Assembly: GCA_963712275.1 (NCBI GenBank) | Contig: CAVQHD010000001.1 | Coordinates: 1,024,001-1,088,000, forward strand | Length of the DNA stretch: 64,000 bases | Direction: 5' to 3' | Source: an uncultured Rhabdochlamydiaceae bacterium | GTDB taxonomy: Bacteria; Chlamydiota; Chlamydiia; Chlamydiales; Rhabdochlamydiaceae | Shown: piece by piece, positions 1-9,649 of the stretch | Numbering within the stretch: position 1 is the first letter of the stretch | How the letters are laid out: each line of letters begins with the position of its first letter | The notes under the pieces: generated by a model | What the model was told of the DNA's origin: nothing | What the model saw: the letters and a program-made list of their open reading frames with translations, nothing else | The model's database searches: none | Position numbers and translations under genes: made by a program

Positions 1-2186
1 AATGCGCCTGCACTTAAACTGTCGAAAAGTTCAATGGTAGAGCTGGATGCATAGTTGTTTAAATAGTTTGCTACCTTCAGGCTATTGCCGGAGAGGCTTA
101 TTGTTGAGATTTGAGGGGGCATTATATTCCCATAGAGAAGATATACAAAATTCGGTGCATAAGAGAGTCTAAACGTATACCCAGGAAGTCCTCCTGTGAC
201 AGCTGGATCAAACTCTCCTGTATAAGAGCCTTCCAAAATCGTATACCGCATATCTGCGGGATAGCTTCCTGCATCCTGAGTGACATTCACAGTCCCCCCA
301 AGCGCTACACTTCCACTGCCTGTTACCAAGATTTCAGAAGACGTCGTGGGGTCGATCTCGATATTTGTAATAGAAGAACTCTCTAACGTTAAAGGACCGC
401 TTGAGGTATCAAATGTGATGGTTCCAATGGAATTGCCTGGAGAGAGCGTTCCAAAGATAGAGCCTCCTCCATAAATGGTCCCTGTCCCTCCAAGGGTTGC
501 ACCAGAGGCTACTGAGACGCCTCCTTGAATGGATCCATTCACAGAGAGTCTTCCAGTTGTTACCGTTGTAACCCCTGCATAGGTATTGGCTCCGCTCAAA
601 ACAAGGGTTCCTGGTCCTTGCATCGTAAGGGAGAGACCAGTCCCTGTTCCTGGCTGCCAAGAATTCCCTGAAGGGATGGAATTAAGACTATCATCTGCAA
701 TCGTTCCAGCCAGCATTACGGTATTCCCGGTTCCCGGAGCAAATGTAAGGGTAGCGCCAGTGACTGCAAAGATGTCAGATCCGACAAATGCACCTGCGCC
801 TCCATTTGCGGTGACGCTATTTCCTGTCGCCAAGCAATTTCCTTGAAAGATTACCGCTCCCGTATTGACGAAAAGAGCGCCCCCCATCGCCCCTCCATCT
901 CCTCCAGAAGCGTTTGTACCGTTGCAGCCTCCAACGCCACCGCTGCCCGGGGTATATAGTCCCTCACCTCCACCCCCGCCACCAGCCCCAAAGCCGCCAT
1001 TACCGCTAAACGAACCAGGCCCTGTATTACTACCGCAACTTCCCCCACCTCCACCGAAACCACCATTTCCATTAGCCCCGCCACCGCCACCACCGCCAAA
1101 GCCTCCGGGTCCCCCTTGGTTTCCTGCCCCTCCTCCTCCTCCATAACCACCGGAGCCAGGATTAGGTCCATTCGCACCACCACCACCGCCGCCAGTACCC
1201 CCGCTACCTCCACTACGACCATCACCTCGGCCGCCACCGCCTCCTCCGGCACCGCCATTGATGCCTGAGCCGGAATAACCGCCACCCCCGCCTGCCCATG
1301 TTGCTGCAGGACCTGGACTCGTTCCTCCTCCAGCGCCGCCATTGGTAGCCGATTCAGGTGCAGCTCCGCCACCTCCAAAAACATAACCAGCTACAGTCTG
1401 TCCATTGCCTGCGCTTGAATTCCCTCCTGACGCACCTAAGATGGCTCCACCCCCTCCTGCTCCAGCACCAGAGGCAGTTCCATTCCCTCCATTCGCAATT
1501 CCCCCCCCTCCGCCAACCTGGCCTGTGCCACCACTACCGCTATAGCCTCCGCCTCCGCCCACGCCACCATTAGTAGCCGCCCCTCCATTTCCACCAAGCC
1601 CTCCACCACCCCCTCCCATCCCCTCGGAACTAGCACCACGGCCTGCGCTTGCACTATTGGAAGAAAATGTCACATTGCTGAGGGTAACAGTAGCTCCATC
1701 CACAAAAACAGCGCCTCCTGCTCCCATCCCGCCTCCGCCGCTTGAACCTCCCCCGCTGCCTCCCTGAGCTGTAGAGTTTTCAATCGCCAGGTTTTGTAAT
1801 GTTATATTGCTGCCCTGCCTAATAAAAAAAGGTCGGTAGCCATTTCCATCGATCGTCGTAGCTCCTGAAGAATTACCAATTGTGATGGTATCGGAGGAAA
1901 ATAGATTGATCGGAGGGAGAATATTTTCTAAGGTTACCTGCGTAGAGCCATCGGAAAAATCAAAGGTAATTGCATAGGGACCATTGGATAAGCCTTGAGC
2001 TTGGTTATTGAGAATCTGATTTAAAGCATACCGAAGATCCAAATAAGGAGCCGACTGTCCCCCTGTTGTTGTATTGGAATCAGTACCCGTCGTAACGATA
2101 TAAGGTGTCACTGTTGCAAAAGAGGTGCCTAATGAAAGAGTGAACGCTGCTGTAAAATACAGGAGCTTCTTTGATCGGATGTGCAT
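1..2186 (-). CDS. Gly-rich autotransporter-type surface protein, N-terminal ~728 aa (3' end beyond window start)
   Basis: Manual translation from ATG at 2186: signal-like MHIRSKKLLYFTAAFTLSLGTSFA, then GGGGMGAGGAVFV, long Gly-rich tract, autotransporter-associated beta-strand repeat GPGTLVLSGANTYAGVTTVTTGRLSVNGSI; frame checked open near both ends; absent from ORF track because it lacks a stop in the window. Confidence 0.85.
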   Translation of the reverse strand, partial: MHIRSKKLLYFTAAFTLSLGTSFATVTPYIVTTGTDSNTTTGGQSAPYLDLRYALNQILNNQAQGLSNGPYAITFDFSDGSTQVTLENILPPINLFSSDTITIGNSSGATTIDGNGYRPFFIRQGSNITLQNLAIENSTAQGGSGGGSSGGGGMGAGGAVFVDGATVTLSNVTFSSNSASAGRGASSEGMGGGGGGLGGNGGAATNGGVGGGGGYSGSGGTGQVGGGGGIANGGNGTASGAGAGGGGAILGASGGNSSAGNGQTVAGYVFGGGGAAPESATNGGAGGGTSPGPAATWAGGGGGYSGSGINGGAGGGGGGRGDGRSGGSGGTGGGGGGANGPNPGSGGYGGGGGAGNQGGPGGFGGGGGGGANGNGGFGGGGGSCGSNTGPGSFSGNGGFGAGGGGGGEGLYTPGSGGVGGCNGTNASGGDGGAMGGALFVNTGAVIFQGNCLATGNSVTANGGAGAFVGSDIFAVTGATLTFAPGTGNTVMLAGTIADDSLNSIPSGNSWQPGTGTGLSLTMQGPGTLVLSGANTYAGVTTVTTGRLSVNGSIQGGVSVASGATLGGTGTIYGGGSIFGTLSPGNSIGTITFDTSSGPLTLESSSITNIEIDPTTSSEILVTGSGSVALGGTVNVTQDAGSYPADMRYTILEGSYTGEFDPAVTGGLPGYTFRLSYAPNFVYLLYGNIMPPQISTISLSGNSLKVANYLNNYASSSTIELFDSLSAGA

Positions 2187-2382
2187 TTGATCTCCAGTGA
2201 CTTTCACGTTTGCGATTGATGCTGTAAGCTGAAACGTAGCTAAAAACATAGAAAAAAACAAGCATGACAGAACAGTATAACAAATATTTGAAATCTTCAA
2301 ATATTTGTTATAATTTTCTAATTCTGCCTTTATATCTTTCAGCAGTTTCCTTTTTTCAACCGTTCCTATATACTGAGCTTCC

Positions 2383-3399
2383 ATGCAAAATTTTAATCGT
2401 CCACAGGCAAAAATTAGAGGAACTGGAAGCTATCTTCCCAAGCGGGTTTTAACAAATCAAGACTTGGAAAAGATGGTCACAACCACCGATGAGTGGATTG
2501 TCACGCGGACAGGAATGAAGGAACGGCGGCTTGCTGCAGCCGATGAGTTCACCTCGGATATGGGGCGTCTTGCTGCAGAAAAAGCGCTAGAAGTGGCCAA
2601 CTGCAAGGCAGAAGAACTTGATTTAATCTTATTTGCCACCTTTACGCCCGACTATGTTTTTCCAAGCACGGCCTGTTTAATTCAAAATCTTTTAGGTGCG
2701 CATAAAGCTGGGGCTCTTGATATTCAAGCAGCTTGTACGGGCTATTTATATGCTTTAGCTATTGCAAAAGCATTTATTGAAGCAGGAAGTTATAAAAATA
2801 TTTTAATTGTAGCGGCTGAAAAGCTTTCGTCAATTGTGAATTATGAAGACCGAAATACTTGTATCTTATTTGGGGATGGAGCATCGGCGGCTGTGATCTC
2901 TTCTGAGGACCCCTCTGAGGGTAAGGGAAGGGGACTTAAGGTGCAAGATGTGACGCTAGGGGCAGATGGGAAGGAGGCGCAGCTCATCGTTTTACCAGCT
3001 GGCGGATCTCGTATGCCGGCGAGCGCTGAGACGGTAGGGGGGAAGCTTCACTATCTTCAGATGGAGGGAAAGGAAGTTTTTAAACATGCCGTGCGTCGAA
3101 TGGAGAGTGCTTCAAAGGAGTCGATCGAGAAGGCAGGGCTTCGAGAAGATCAGATTTCTTGGCTGATTCCGCATCAAGCCAACATGAGAATTATTGAGGC
3201 ACTGGCCAAACGATTTAATGTGCCCATGGAAAAGGTATTTATCACGATCCATAAATATGGGAATACGTCGGCATCATCACTAGGGATTGCTTTGGATGAG
3301 CTTTTACGTGAAAACAGAGTGCAAAGAGGAGAGAACATTTTGCTGACAGCCTTCGGGGCCGGGCTTACATGGGGGGCCGCGGTAGTTACTCATGAGTAA
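2383..3399 (+). CDS. fabH: 3-oxoacyl-ACP synthase III
   Basis: AACTG catalytic Cys, HQAN and YGNTSAS motifs; first gene of fab cluster. Confidence 0.97.
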   Translation: MQNFNRPQAKIRGTGSYLPKRVLTNQDLEKMVTTTDEWIVTRTGMKERRLAAADEFTSDMGRLAAEKALEVANCKAEELDLILFATFTPDYVFPSTACLIQNLLGAHKAGALDIQAACTGYLYALAIAKAFIEAGSYKNILIVAAEKLSSIVNYEDRNTCILFGDGASAAVISSEDPSEGKGRGLKVQDVTLGADGKEAQLIVLPAGGSRMPASAETVGGKLHYLQMEGKEVFKHAVRRMESASKESIEKAGLREDQISWLIPHQANMRIIEALAKRFNVPMEKVFITIHKYGNTSASSLGIALDELLRENRVQRGENILLTAFGAGLTWGAAVVTHE

Positions 3400-4513
3400 A
3401 GAGGAAATTGCAAAACCCCGATTTGGGGCCAAATCCGCGCTTTTTGGGCAGGATCCGGATTCTGCGCAACCTGACACACCTTGGGCCTACTCTGAGCCGA
3501 GTATGTCCCAAGATGTGTCAGGTTGCGCAGAAACCGGCCCTGCCCAAAAATCATCGAATTTGGCTTCCAAAGCGAGTTTTGCAACTCCCTCTAAAAACTG
3601 TTTTATCTTTCCCGGGCAGGGGGCTCAATATGTGGGAATGGGAAAAGATTTTCACGACACTTTTCTGATTGCTCGTGAAACATTAGAAGAGGCCTCCGAC
3701 GTGCTGTCCCAAAATTTAAAAGAGCTGATCTTTCAAGGGCCTATCGAACTTCTTTCTCAAACTAAATATAGCCAGCCCGCCATTTTCGTAACCTCTATCG
3801 CCATTTTAAGAGTGGTTTCGCACCAATTTCCTCACCTTAGGCCGTCTGTGTGTGCAGGTTTAAGTCTTGGCGAATACACCGCTCTTGTTGCATCTGGAAA
3901 AATTTCATTTATAGAAGCTCTTCAGCTGGTTGCCGCCCGCGGGGCTTTCATGCAAGAGGCATGCCAGGAAAAAGAGGGGACGATGCGCGTTGTTCTAGGT
4001 CTTGAACCCGATGAAGTGAAAAAACATCTTCCGGAGGGCATCTGGATTGCGAATTTGAATTGTCCAGGACAAGTTGTTATCGCTGGACTTTCCTCTGCTA
4101 TGCCAGCTGCCGAAGACATTTTAAAGACTCAAGGGGCAAGACGAGTACTCCCTCTAGATGTATCAGGAGCTTTCCATACACCTCTTATGCGCTCTGCCTG
4201 CCTTCGTCTAGAACCTAAGTTGAAAACAGCCTCTTTTCAAGAGAGTGCCATTCAGCTTGTGATGAATGTGCCTGGAGATTTTGTCCAATCGATCGAAGAG
4301 ATTCGATGTCATTTAATCGATCAGGTGGTTTCGACAACCCGCTGGGAGCAGGGAATTCGGAAGATTGAAGCAGCGGGAATCGATGTCTATTTTGAAATGG
4401 GTCCTGCAGCGACACTTGCGGGAATGAATAAGAAAATTGGAACTAAAGCCCCAACGATCAGTATCGAAAAAGTGACGCAATTGGAGATGGTGGATGCAAT
4501 TACTCAAAGATAA
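3392..4513 (+). CDS. fabD: Malonyl-CoA:ACP transacylase carrying a 64-aa N-terminal insertion
   Basis: FPGQG, GLSLGEY and SGAFH motifs; ATG overlaps fabH end; residues 4-67 come from a palindromic DNA element. Confidence 0.95.
   Translation: MSKEEIAKPRFGAKSALFGQDPDSAQPDTPWAYSEPSMSQDVSGCAETGPAQKSSNLASKASFATPSKNCFIFPGQGAQYVGMGKDFHDTFLIARETLEEASDVLSQNLKELIFQGPIELLSQTKYSQPAIFVTSIAILRVVSHQFPHLRPSVCAGLSLGEYTALVASGKISFIEALQLVAARGAFMQEACQEKEGTMRVVLGLEPDEVKKHLPEGIWIANLNCPGQVVIAGLSSAMPAAEDILKTQGARRVLPLDVSGAFHTPLMRSACLRLEPKLKTASFQESAIQLVMNVPGDFVQSIEEIRCHLIDQVVSTTRWEQGIRKIEAAGIDVYFEMGPAATLAGMNKKIGTKAPTISIEKVTQLEMVDAITQR
3401..3592. mobile_element. 192-bp imperfect palindromic element (MITE/RPE-like) in frame within fabD
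   Basis: Arms 3400-3492 and 3499-3592 are near reverse complements; perfect blocks 3460-3478/3514-3532 (19 bp) and 3441-3452/3539-3550 (12 bp). Confidence 0.88.
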
Positions 4514-5243
4514 GACGGCTCTTGTAACAGGGGGGACAGCCGGAATTGGGAAAGCGATTGCCCTTGCCTTTGCAAGTCAAGGCGCTTCAGTTGCGATTTT
4601 TGGGACAAATGGCGAGAGAGCTGCCCACGTTGTTCAAGAGATGGAAGCTGTGAGCCCCGCCCAAAAATTTCTTTATCGTCTTCTTGATGTTGCAGACAAA
4701 AAAAATGTTGATCAAGCGGTTTCCGAAATCCTTTCTCTTTTCGGAGCTGTGGACATCTTAGTCAACAATGCGGGAATAACGCGTGACGGCCTTTTAATGA
4801 AGATGACAGAAGAAGATTGGGATCGAGTCATTGCTGTCAATTTGAAATCTGTCTATAATACGTCCCAAGCTTTAGTAAGGCCTATGTTGAAGGCAAGGCG
4901 GGGAAAGATAATTAATATTTCCTCTGTCGTTGGCTTGATGGGAAATCCAGGGCAAACGAATTATGCAGCATCCAAAGCAGGGATGATTGGGATGACGAAA
5001 TCGCTAGCCAGAGAACTTGCAAGCCGGCATATTTGTGTGAATTGTATTGCGCCTGGGTTTATCCAAACTCCGATGACGGCCGACTTAACCGATGTGCAAA
5101 AAGAATCGCTTTTGAAACAAATCCCCATGGGACGATTGGGGCTTCCTGAAGAGATTGCTCAAGCAGCGCTCTTTTTAGCAGGCCCTGGATCTGACTATAT
5201 CACCGGGCAAGTGCTCACGGTGGATGGTGGAATGGTAATGTAA
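4494..5243 (+). CDS. fabG: 3-oxoacyl-ACP reductase
   Basis: [16 protein letters not shown] and YAASK SDR motifs; fab operon context. Confidence 0.97.
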   Translation: MQLLKDKTALVTGGTAGIGKAIALAFASQGASVAIFGTNGERAAHVVQEMEAVSPAQKFLYRLLDVADKKNVDQAVSEILSLFGAVDILVNNAGITRDGLLMKMTEEDWDRVIAVNLKSVYNTSQALVRPMLKARRGKIINISSVVGLMGNPGQTNYAASKAGMIGMTKSLARELASRHICVNCIAPGFIQTPMTADLTDVQKESLLKQIPMGRLGLPEEIAQAALFLAGPGSDYITGQVLTVDGGMVM

Positions 5244-5266
5244 AAACCAAAAACTGTAAGGAAATT

Positions 5267-5512
5267 ATGCTTATGTCATCTTTAGAAAAAGACGTCATTG
5301 ACATCGTTGTCGAGCAGCTGGGTGTCGATACGGCTGACGTCTCCTTGGAGAAAGCCTTCATTGAGGACCTCAACGCCGATTCACTCGATCTCACAGAGCT
5401 CATTATGACATTTGAAGAGCGGTTTGGCTTCGAAATCTCTGAAGAAGAGGCGGAAAAGCTCAAAACCGTAGGAGATGTCGTCGCTTTTATCAAGAAGAAA
5501 AAAGAGGCGTAG
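5267..5512 (+). CDS. acpP: Acyl carrier protein (start may be 5273)
   Basis: DLNADSLD phosphopantetheine site; acidic, ~80 aa. Confidence 0.97.
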   Translation: MLMSSLEKDVIDIVVEQLGVDTADVSLEKAFIEDLNADSLDLTELIMTFEERFGFEISEEEAEKLKTVGDVVAFIKKKKEA

Positions 5513-5526
5513 TTTACTCTTCCATA

Positions 5527-5575
5527 AGACCTCTTTCGAATCTTAGAGATTGTCTCTTAGTTTAGAAAGAGGTCT
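5527..5575. repeat. ~50-bp mini-palindrome with AGACCTCTTTC termini
   Basis: Arms agacctctttcgaatcttagaga / tctcttagtttagaaagaggtct, 20 of 23 complementary; overlaps 3' end of LRR gene. Confidence 0.8.
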
Positions 5576-6957
5576 AAATTACCAAGAAACATCCGTAAAA
5601 ACGCTGCTGCGGTAGCGATGCCTGCAACGACTGGCATTACTCGTGGTGGGTTTATTGTTTCGATCAAGAGTTTTGTTTTTATGTCTAGGCAGTTATAGCG
5701 GAAATGTGCAGGCTCAGCAAGCGGTAGAGTAAAAAACTGAGGAGGAATAGATGTTAAGAAGTTACTGGAGAGATTAATCATCGTTAATCCTTGGAGATTG
5801 CTGATTTGAGGTGGAAGGCTACTGAGACAATTGTGACTCAAATCAAGGTTTCTTAAAGCTTGTAAATTGCCGATCTGTGGAGGAAGTTCTTTTAGAGAAT
5901 TGTTGTTAAGAAAAAGGAGCTGTAAGGCCTGTAAATTGCCGATCTGTGGAGGAAGTTCTTTCAGGGAGTTGTTGTTAAGAAAAAGGAGCTGTAAGGCCTG
6001 TAAATTGCCGATCTGCGGGGGAAGTTCAATCAAGGAGTTGTAACTCAAATCAAGCCCTTGTAAAGCTTTTAAGTTGTAAATTTCTGGAGGGAGTTCGATC
6101 AGGAAATTATTGTTAAGACCAAGATGCTGTAAAGCTTGTAAATGACCGATCTCTGGAGGAAGTTCCATCAGGGAATTGCTACACAAATCAAGCTTCAGTA
6201 AAGCCTGTAGATGAGCGATTTCTGGGGGAAGCTCGTTGAGAAAATTGTAACTCAGATCAAGGTTTCCTAAAATGTGTAAGTCGCAAATTTCCTTGGGTAA
6301 TCTTGTAAGACCTAAGTTGCTTAAATCCAATATCGTTAGCGATGACAGTGGAGAAAGGAAGTCTTTTGATTTTACAGAAAACTCGGAGCGAAGACGATCG
6401 GCTTCTTTGAGAAGGGCTTGAGCAGAAGTTCGGGCCTGACTGTTCACCTCCATTTCAGGAAGTTTTGAGCAGCACAAGCAAAAATTAGCCGCTTTAATGA
6501 CCTCATCAGCATAGATATAATCAGAAATGTCGCTTTTATCTGTCAGTTTAACGAGCGAATCGAGATTTAAAAGCCGAAGTTCTCTTGTTAGCTCCTGGTA
6601 AACTGCTTTCTGAAACTGAGGGCGCGGAAGGGGGAGGATGATTTTCCGAGAAATTTCAGGTAAGTGATTTGAAATTAAAGAGATAAAAGAACGGTCGTCA
6701 CTTATTGCACAGAACTGCTTACAGACTAAGGAGAGTTGTTGGGGATTCCCTGCCTCTTTTAAAATATCCAAGACTCTTTCAGTTGGCAGAGTCTTGAAAG
6801 GGTTGGGAAGAGAGGAATCCTTTTTATGTGTTGAATAAACTGTATAGACAGAAGGATCGGGCTCCCAGTTTTCTTCCTTATGAAAAGCGTGACTGCTTTC
6901 GAATAATTCGGGTAATTCAGTGGGAGGGAGTCCAAAATTATTGCTTAATTGTGCCAT
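5557..6957 (-). CDS. F-box-like plus leucine-rich-repeat protein, candidate secreted effector
   Basis: LPTERVLDIL...LSLVCKQF F-box-like motif; about nine 23-aa LRRs (LxxLxLxxNxLxELPPQIG); hydrophobic C-terminal segment. Confidence 0.88.
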   Translation of the reverse strand: MAQLSNNFGLPPTELPELFESSHAFHKEENWEPDPSVYTVYSTHKKDSSLPNPFKTLPTERVLDILKEAGNPQQLSLVCKQFCAISDDRSFISLISNHLPEISRKIILPLPRPQFQKAVYQELTRELRLLNLDSLVKLTDKSDISDYIYADEVIKAANFCLCCSKLPEMEVNSQARTSAQALLKEADRLRSEFSVKSKDFLSPLSSLTILDLSNLGLTRLPKEICDLHILGNLDLSYNFLNELPPEIAHLQALLKLDLCSNSLMELPPEIGHLQALQHLGLNNNFLIELPPEIYNLKALQGLDLSYNSLIELPPQIGNLQALQLLFLNNNSLKELPPQIGNLQALQLLFLNNNSLKELPPQIGNLQALRNLDLSHNCLSSLPPQISNLQGLTMINLSSNFLTSIPPQFFTLPLAEPAHFRYNCLDIKTKLLIETINPPRVMPVVAGIATAAAFLRMFLGNLDLFLN

Positions 6958-7214
6958 ATAATAGCCTATTTTTATGTTTTATTAAATATAAGAACTATTA
7001 TAACATATTATTTTAATTAAATTATATTTATTTTTTTATATGATTGCAACTTGTTAATTTTGAAAATGTTATGAAAGAATACTAATTCGGCAAGTTCTCA
7101 TAAACTTGAGGTAAGGCCGATCTTTACCCATAAGTCTCTTTCCTTAAATATATATACATTAATTGATAATTAAGTGTAAAATTATATTTATAATATATAA
7201 ATATAGGAGATTTT

Positions 7215-7745
7215 ATGACAAGTATAACGCATCTTAATGCCGATTATCGATTCCAACATGCCAGAACTTCGGCAGATTCCTTAGGCAACAATTCCGATAG
7301 AGTGAGGGCCCACATAGAAATTGCTCAGCGTGATCCTGAGCACGATTTTTTTTGGGCAAAAAGACGCGCCTGCACTCACAACGGTACAGGATTTGATTTA
7401 ATGGTTCAAAGGTCCCTCCTTCGAGAGATTGCAGCAGCCGAAGCTTGTTTCAACCTCGCTGCAGCCAAAGTTACAGCTGGTAGTATTGATGATCCCTCAG
7501 AGAGAGAACTTGCATATATGGATATTATTAAGATTGAAGCTGGAAGCAATATAGAGGCAGCCAAAATCACTGCAGAGGCTAATATAAAAGATCCATTAAG
7601 AAAAGACCGTGCTGCTAGGTATATTGCTGTAACCCTAGCCAAGGACTATCCAGAAGCGGGTAAAGCAATGGCAAGTTCTATCAGGGATCCTTTTTACAGA
7701 CAAGAGGCTTTATCAGAAATTGAAGCCCAACAGAAAACAACGTAG
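7215..7745 (+). CDS. Hypothetical protein with three helical repeats
   Basis: AGGAG RBS; repeats AxKxxAxxIxDPxxRxxA; AT-rich upstream region. Confidence 0.7.
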   Translation: MTSITHLNADYRFQHARTSADSLGNNSDRVRAHIEIAQRDPEHDFFWAKRRACTHNGTGFDLMVQRSLLREIAAAEACFNLAAAKVTAGSIDDPSERELAYMDIIKIEAGSNIEAAKITAEANIKDPLRKDRAARYIAVTLAKDYPEAGKAMASSIRDPFYRQEALSEIEAQQKTT

Positions 7746-7796
7746 AAAACGCGCAAAGGTGCAACTATCGATTCTTGCAACAGCTTCTAAAGATAT

Positions 7797-8867
7797 CTAA
7801 TTCGTTTTGACCTGGATCCAGGCATCCCTGAGTTTTTCTTGAGAGGTAACCACCTGAGTAAAGAGGAGGGTTTGAAACTCTTTTCCTTCGAGGGAGATGA
7901 GGTTGAAGGTAGGTTCATCCACTTCAAGGTCTTGTAGGACATCCATGGTAGCAGGGAAGATCCCATAGGTGTCATAATGGGTTTTCATCGAAGCGCGCGT
8001 ATAGAGATAGTTGATGAGTTGGTAGGTGAGATGCTCTTTTTGACTTGTCTTAGGGATGCAGATATTTTCGATGGAAATGAACGACCCTTCTTTAGGCATG
8101 ACATATCCTACAAAGGGGAATTTTCGCATGGTTCTCCATAGATAGGAGCTAGAGCAGAGCACAACCGCGCTGTTTTTGGTTGCGAGAAAATAGTCTCCTC
8201 TAAAATCGGCATAGGCATTGACATACTTCTTCTGGGTAGTGAGAAGATCAATCACTTTTGGAAGCTCTGCATCAGAGATGTAGCTTACGGGGCCATAAAG
8301 GTAGAAAGAGGCGATATAGATGGCTTGGACGGGATCGTTAATCATCGTGATGCGGTAAGAGATTTGGTCGGGGTCGAAAATCATTTTCCAGCTTGGAATA
8401 AAGGGGTGCGTTGCAAAATAGTTTTTATCGATTCCTAGCAAAAACACCTCCCATTCAAAAGGGATTGAGTAGAGATTGTGGGGATCGAAATGGTGTCCTA
8501 GAAGTTTTGGGTTAAGTTGGGGTAGAAAATGAAGCTGTGTTTTATCAAGCTCTTTCAATAAGTCGTCTCTTACAAGAGTTTTAACAGAATAATCTGAAGG
8601 GATGATGAGATCATACCCTTCTCCTCCAGTCGCCTTTAACTTGACGATCATTTCCTCATTGGAGGCGTAGAAATTCACATTCACCTTAATTCCTGTCGTT
8701 TTTTCAAAGTCAGCAACAACAGTGGGCTCTAAAATATCTCCCCAGGCAAAGATGTTGATGGAGCGAGAGCTTCCCAAGAAAACTTCTTTAGGCCAGTAGA
8801 GAACTCCGAAGATAAGGGCAACCCAGAAAAGAATCACAAAGCTTCGGCTGAGCATTTTTTTAATCAC
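7797..8867 (-). CDS. potD: Polyamine ABC transporter substrate-binding protein
   Basis: SNEEMIVKLK and YDLIIPSDY motifs; operon with potABC. Confidence 0.9.
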   Translation of the reverse strand: MIKKMLSRSFVILFWVALIFGVLYWPKEVFLGSSRSINIFAWGDILEPTVVADFEKTTGIKVNVNFYASNEEMIVKLKATGGEGYDLIIPSDYSVKTLVRDDLLKELDKTQLHFLPQLNPKLLGHHFDPHNLYSIPFEWEVFLLGIDKNYFATHPFIPSWKMIFDPDQISYRITMINDPVQAIYIASFYLYGPVSYISDAELPKVIDLLTTQKKYVNAYADFRGDYFLATKNSAVVLCSSSYLWRTMRKFPFVGYVMPKEGSFISIENICIPKTSQKEHLTYQLINYLYTRASMKTHYDTYGIFPATMDVLQDLEVDEPTFNLISLEGKEFQTLLFTQVVTSQEKLRDAWIQVKTN

Positions 8868-9649
8868 GGGAAAATCTTGCTCCGTGTGCTGAGGTGGAAA
8901 TAGATCAGGGCCATGATGCTGCTGATAAAGAGCAGAAGGGCTGAAAGAGCATTCACAACAGGTGAAATCCCCGACCGAATCATCGACAGAATATAGAGAG
9001 AAAGGGTTTGAACGGAACTTCCAGCACAGAAATAGGTTAGAATAAAGTCATCGAAAGAAATAATGAAGACAAGAAGCGCGCTTGTAATGAGTGAGGGGCG
9101 GAGGAGAGGAAGCGTCACTTTAAAAAAGGTTTGAATGGGGGTTGCTCCAAGGACAAGGGAGGCTTCTGTTAATCTATCGTCGAGCTCTAAATACCGTGCA
9201 TAAACCAAAGGAATGACAAACCCAAGTCCCAAGACGGTGTGGCCGATAATCAACGTCGTAAGCCCAAGAGAAATTGAAGCAAGACTGAAAAATCCGAGCA
9301 AACTCACTCCGAGCACTGTCTCTGGAATAATGACGCTTCCGTAGAACAGGTTGAGGTATTTTCCAACGTGGCCTCCCTGGGCGACAAAGAAAATCAAGAA
9401 AATACCTAAAAGAACAGAGATGAATGTTGTACAAAGGGCAATGGTTAGGGAATTCCCAAAGGCCTTCCAGAGGTAGATAGAATGAATGAGTTCGTGATAC
9501 CACTTTAAAGTAAACCCCTGCCATGGAGATGGAAATCCTTCTGTGTTGAATGAAAACAGAAGTAAAACAACGATAGGGACCCATAAGAATAGGTACGTGG
9601 AGGCAATCAGAAGCAGGTGGCCAAATCGTCCTAACATTCTCTTAACCAT
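8864..9649 (-). CDS. potC: Polyamine ABC transporter permease
   Basis: EASLVLGAT EAA loop, SFDDF motif. Confidence 0.9.
   Translation of the reverse strand: MVKRMLGRFGHLLLIASTYLFLWVPIVVLLLFSFNTEGFPSPWQGFTLKWYHELIHSIYLWKAFGNSLTIALCTTFISVLLGIFLIFFVAQGGHVGKYLNLFYGSVIIPETVLGVSLLGFFSLASISLGLTTLIIGHTVLGLGFVIPLVYARYLELDDRLTEASLVLGATPIQTFFKVTLPLLRPSLITSALLVFIISFDDFILTYFCAGSSVQTLSLYILSMIRSGISPVVNALSALLLFISSIMALIYFHLSTRSKIFP

Noticed and set aside
586..1654. Pro-rich and Ala/Val-rich ORFs in the track
   Set aside because: Shadow frames of the Gly-rich autotransporter on the minus strand
2905..2922. Short CTGAGG duplication in fabH
   Set aside because: Small loop insertion; too short to interpret
7743..7789. 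Possible degenerate mini-element end (TTGCAACAGCTTCTA)
   Set aside because: Opposite arm matches poorly; cannot be separated from chance
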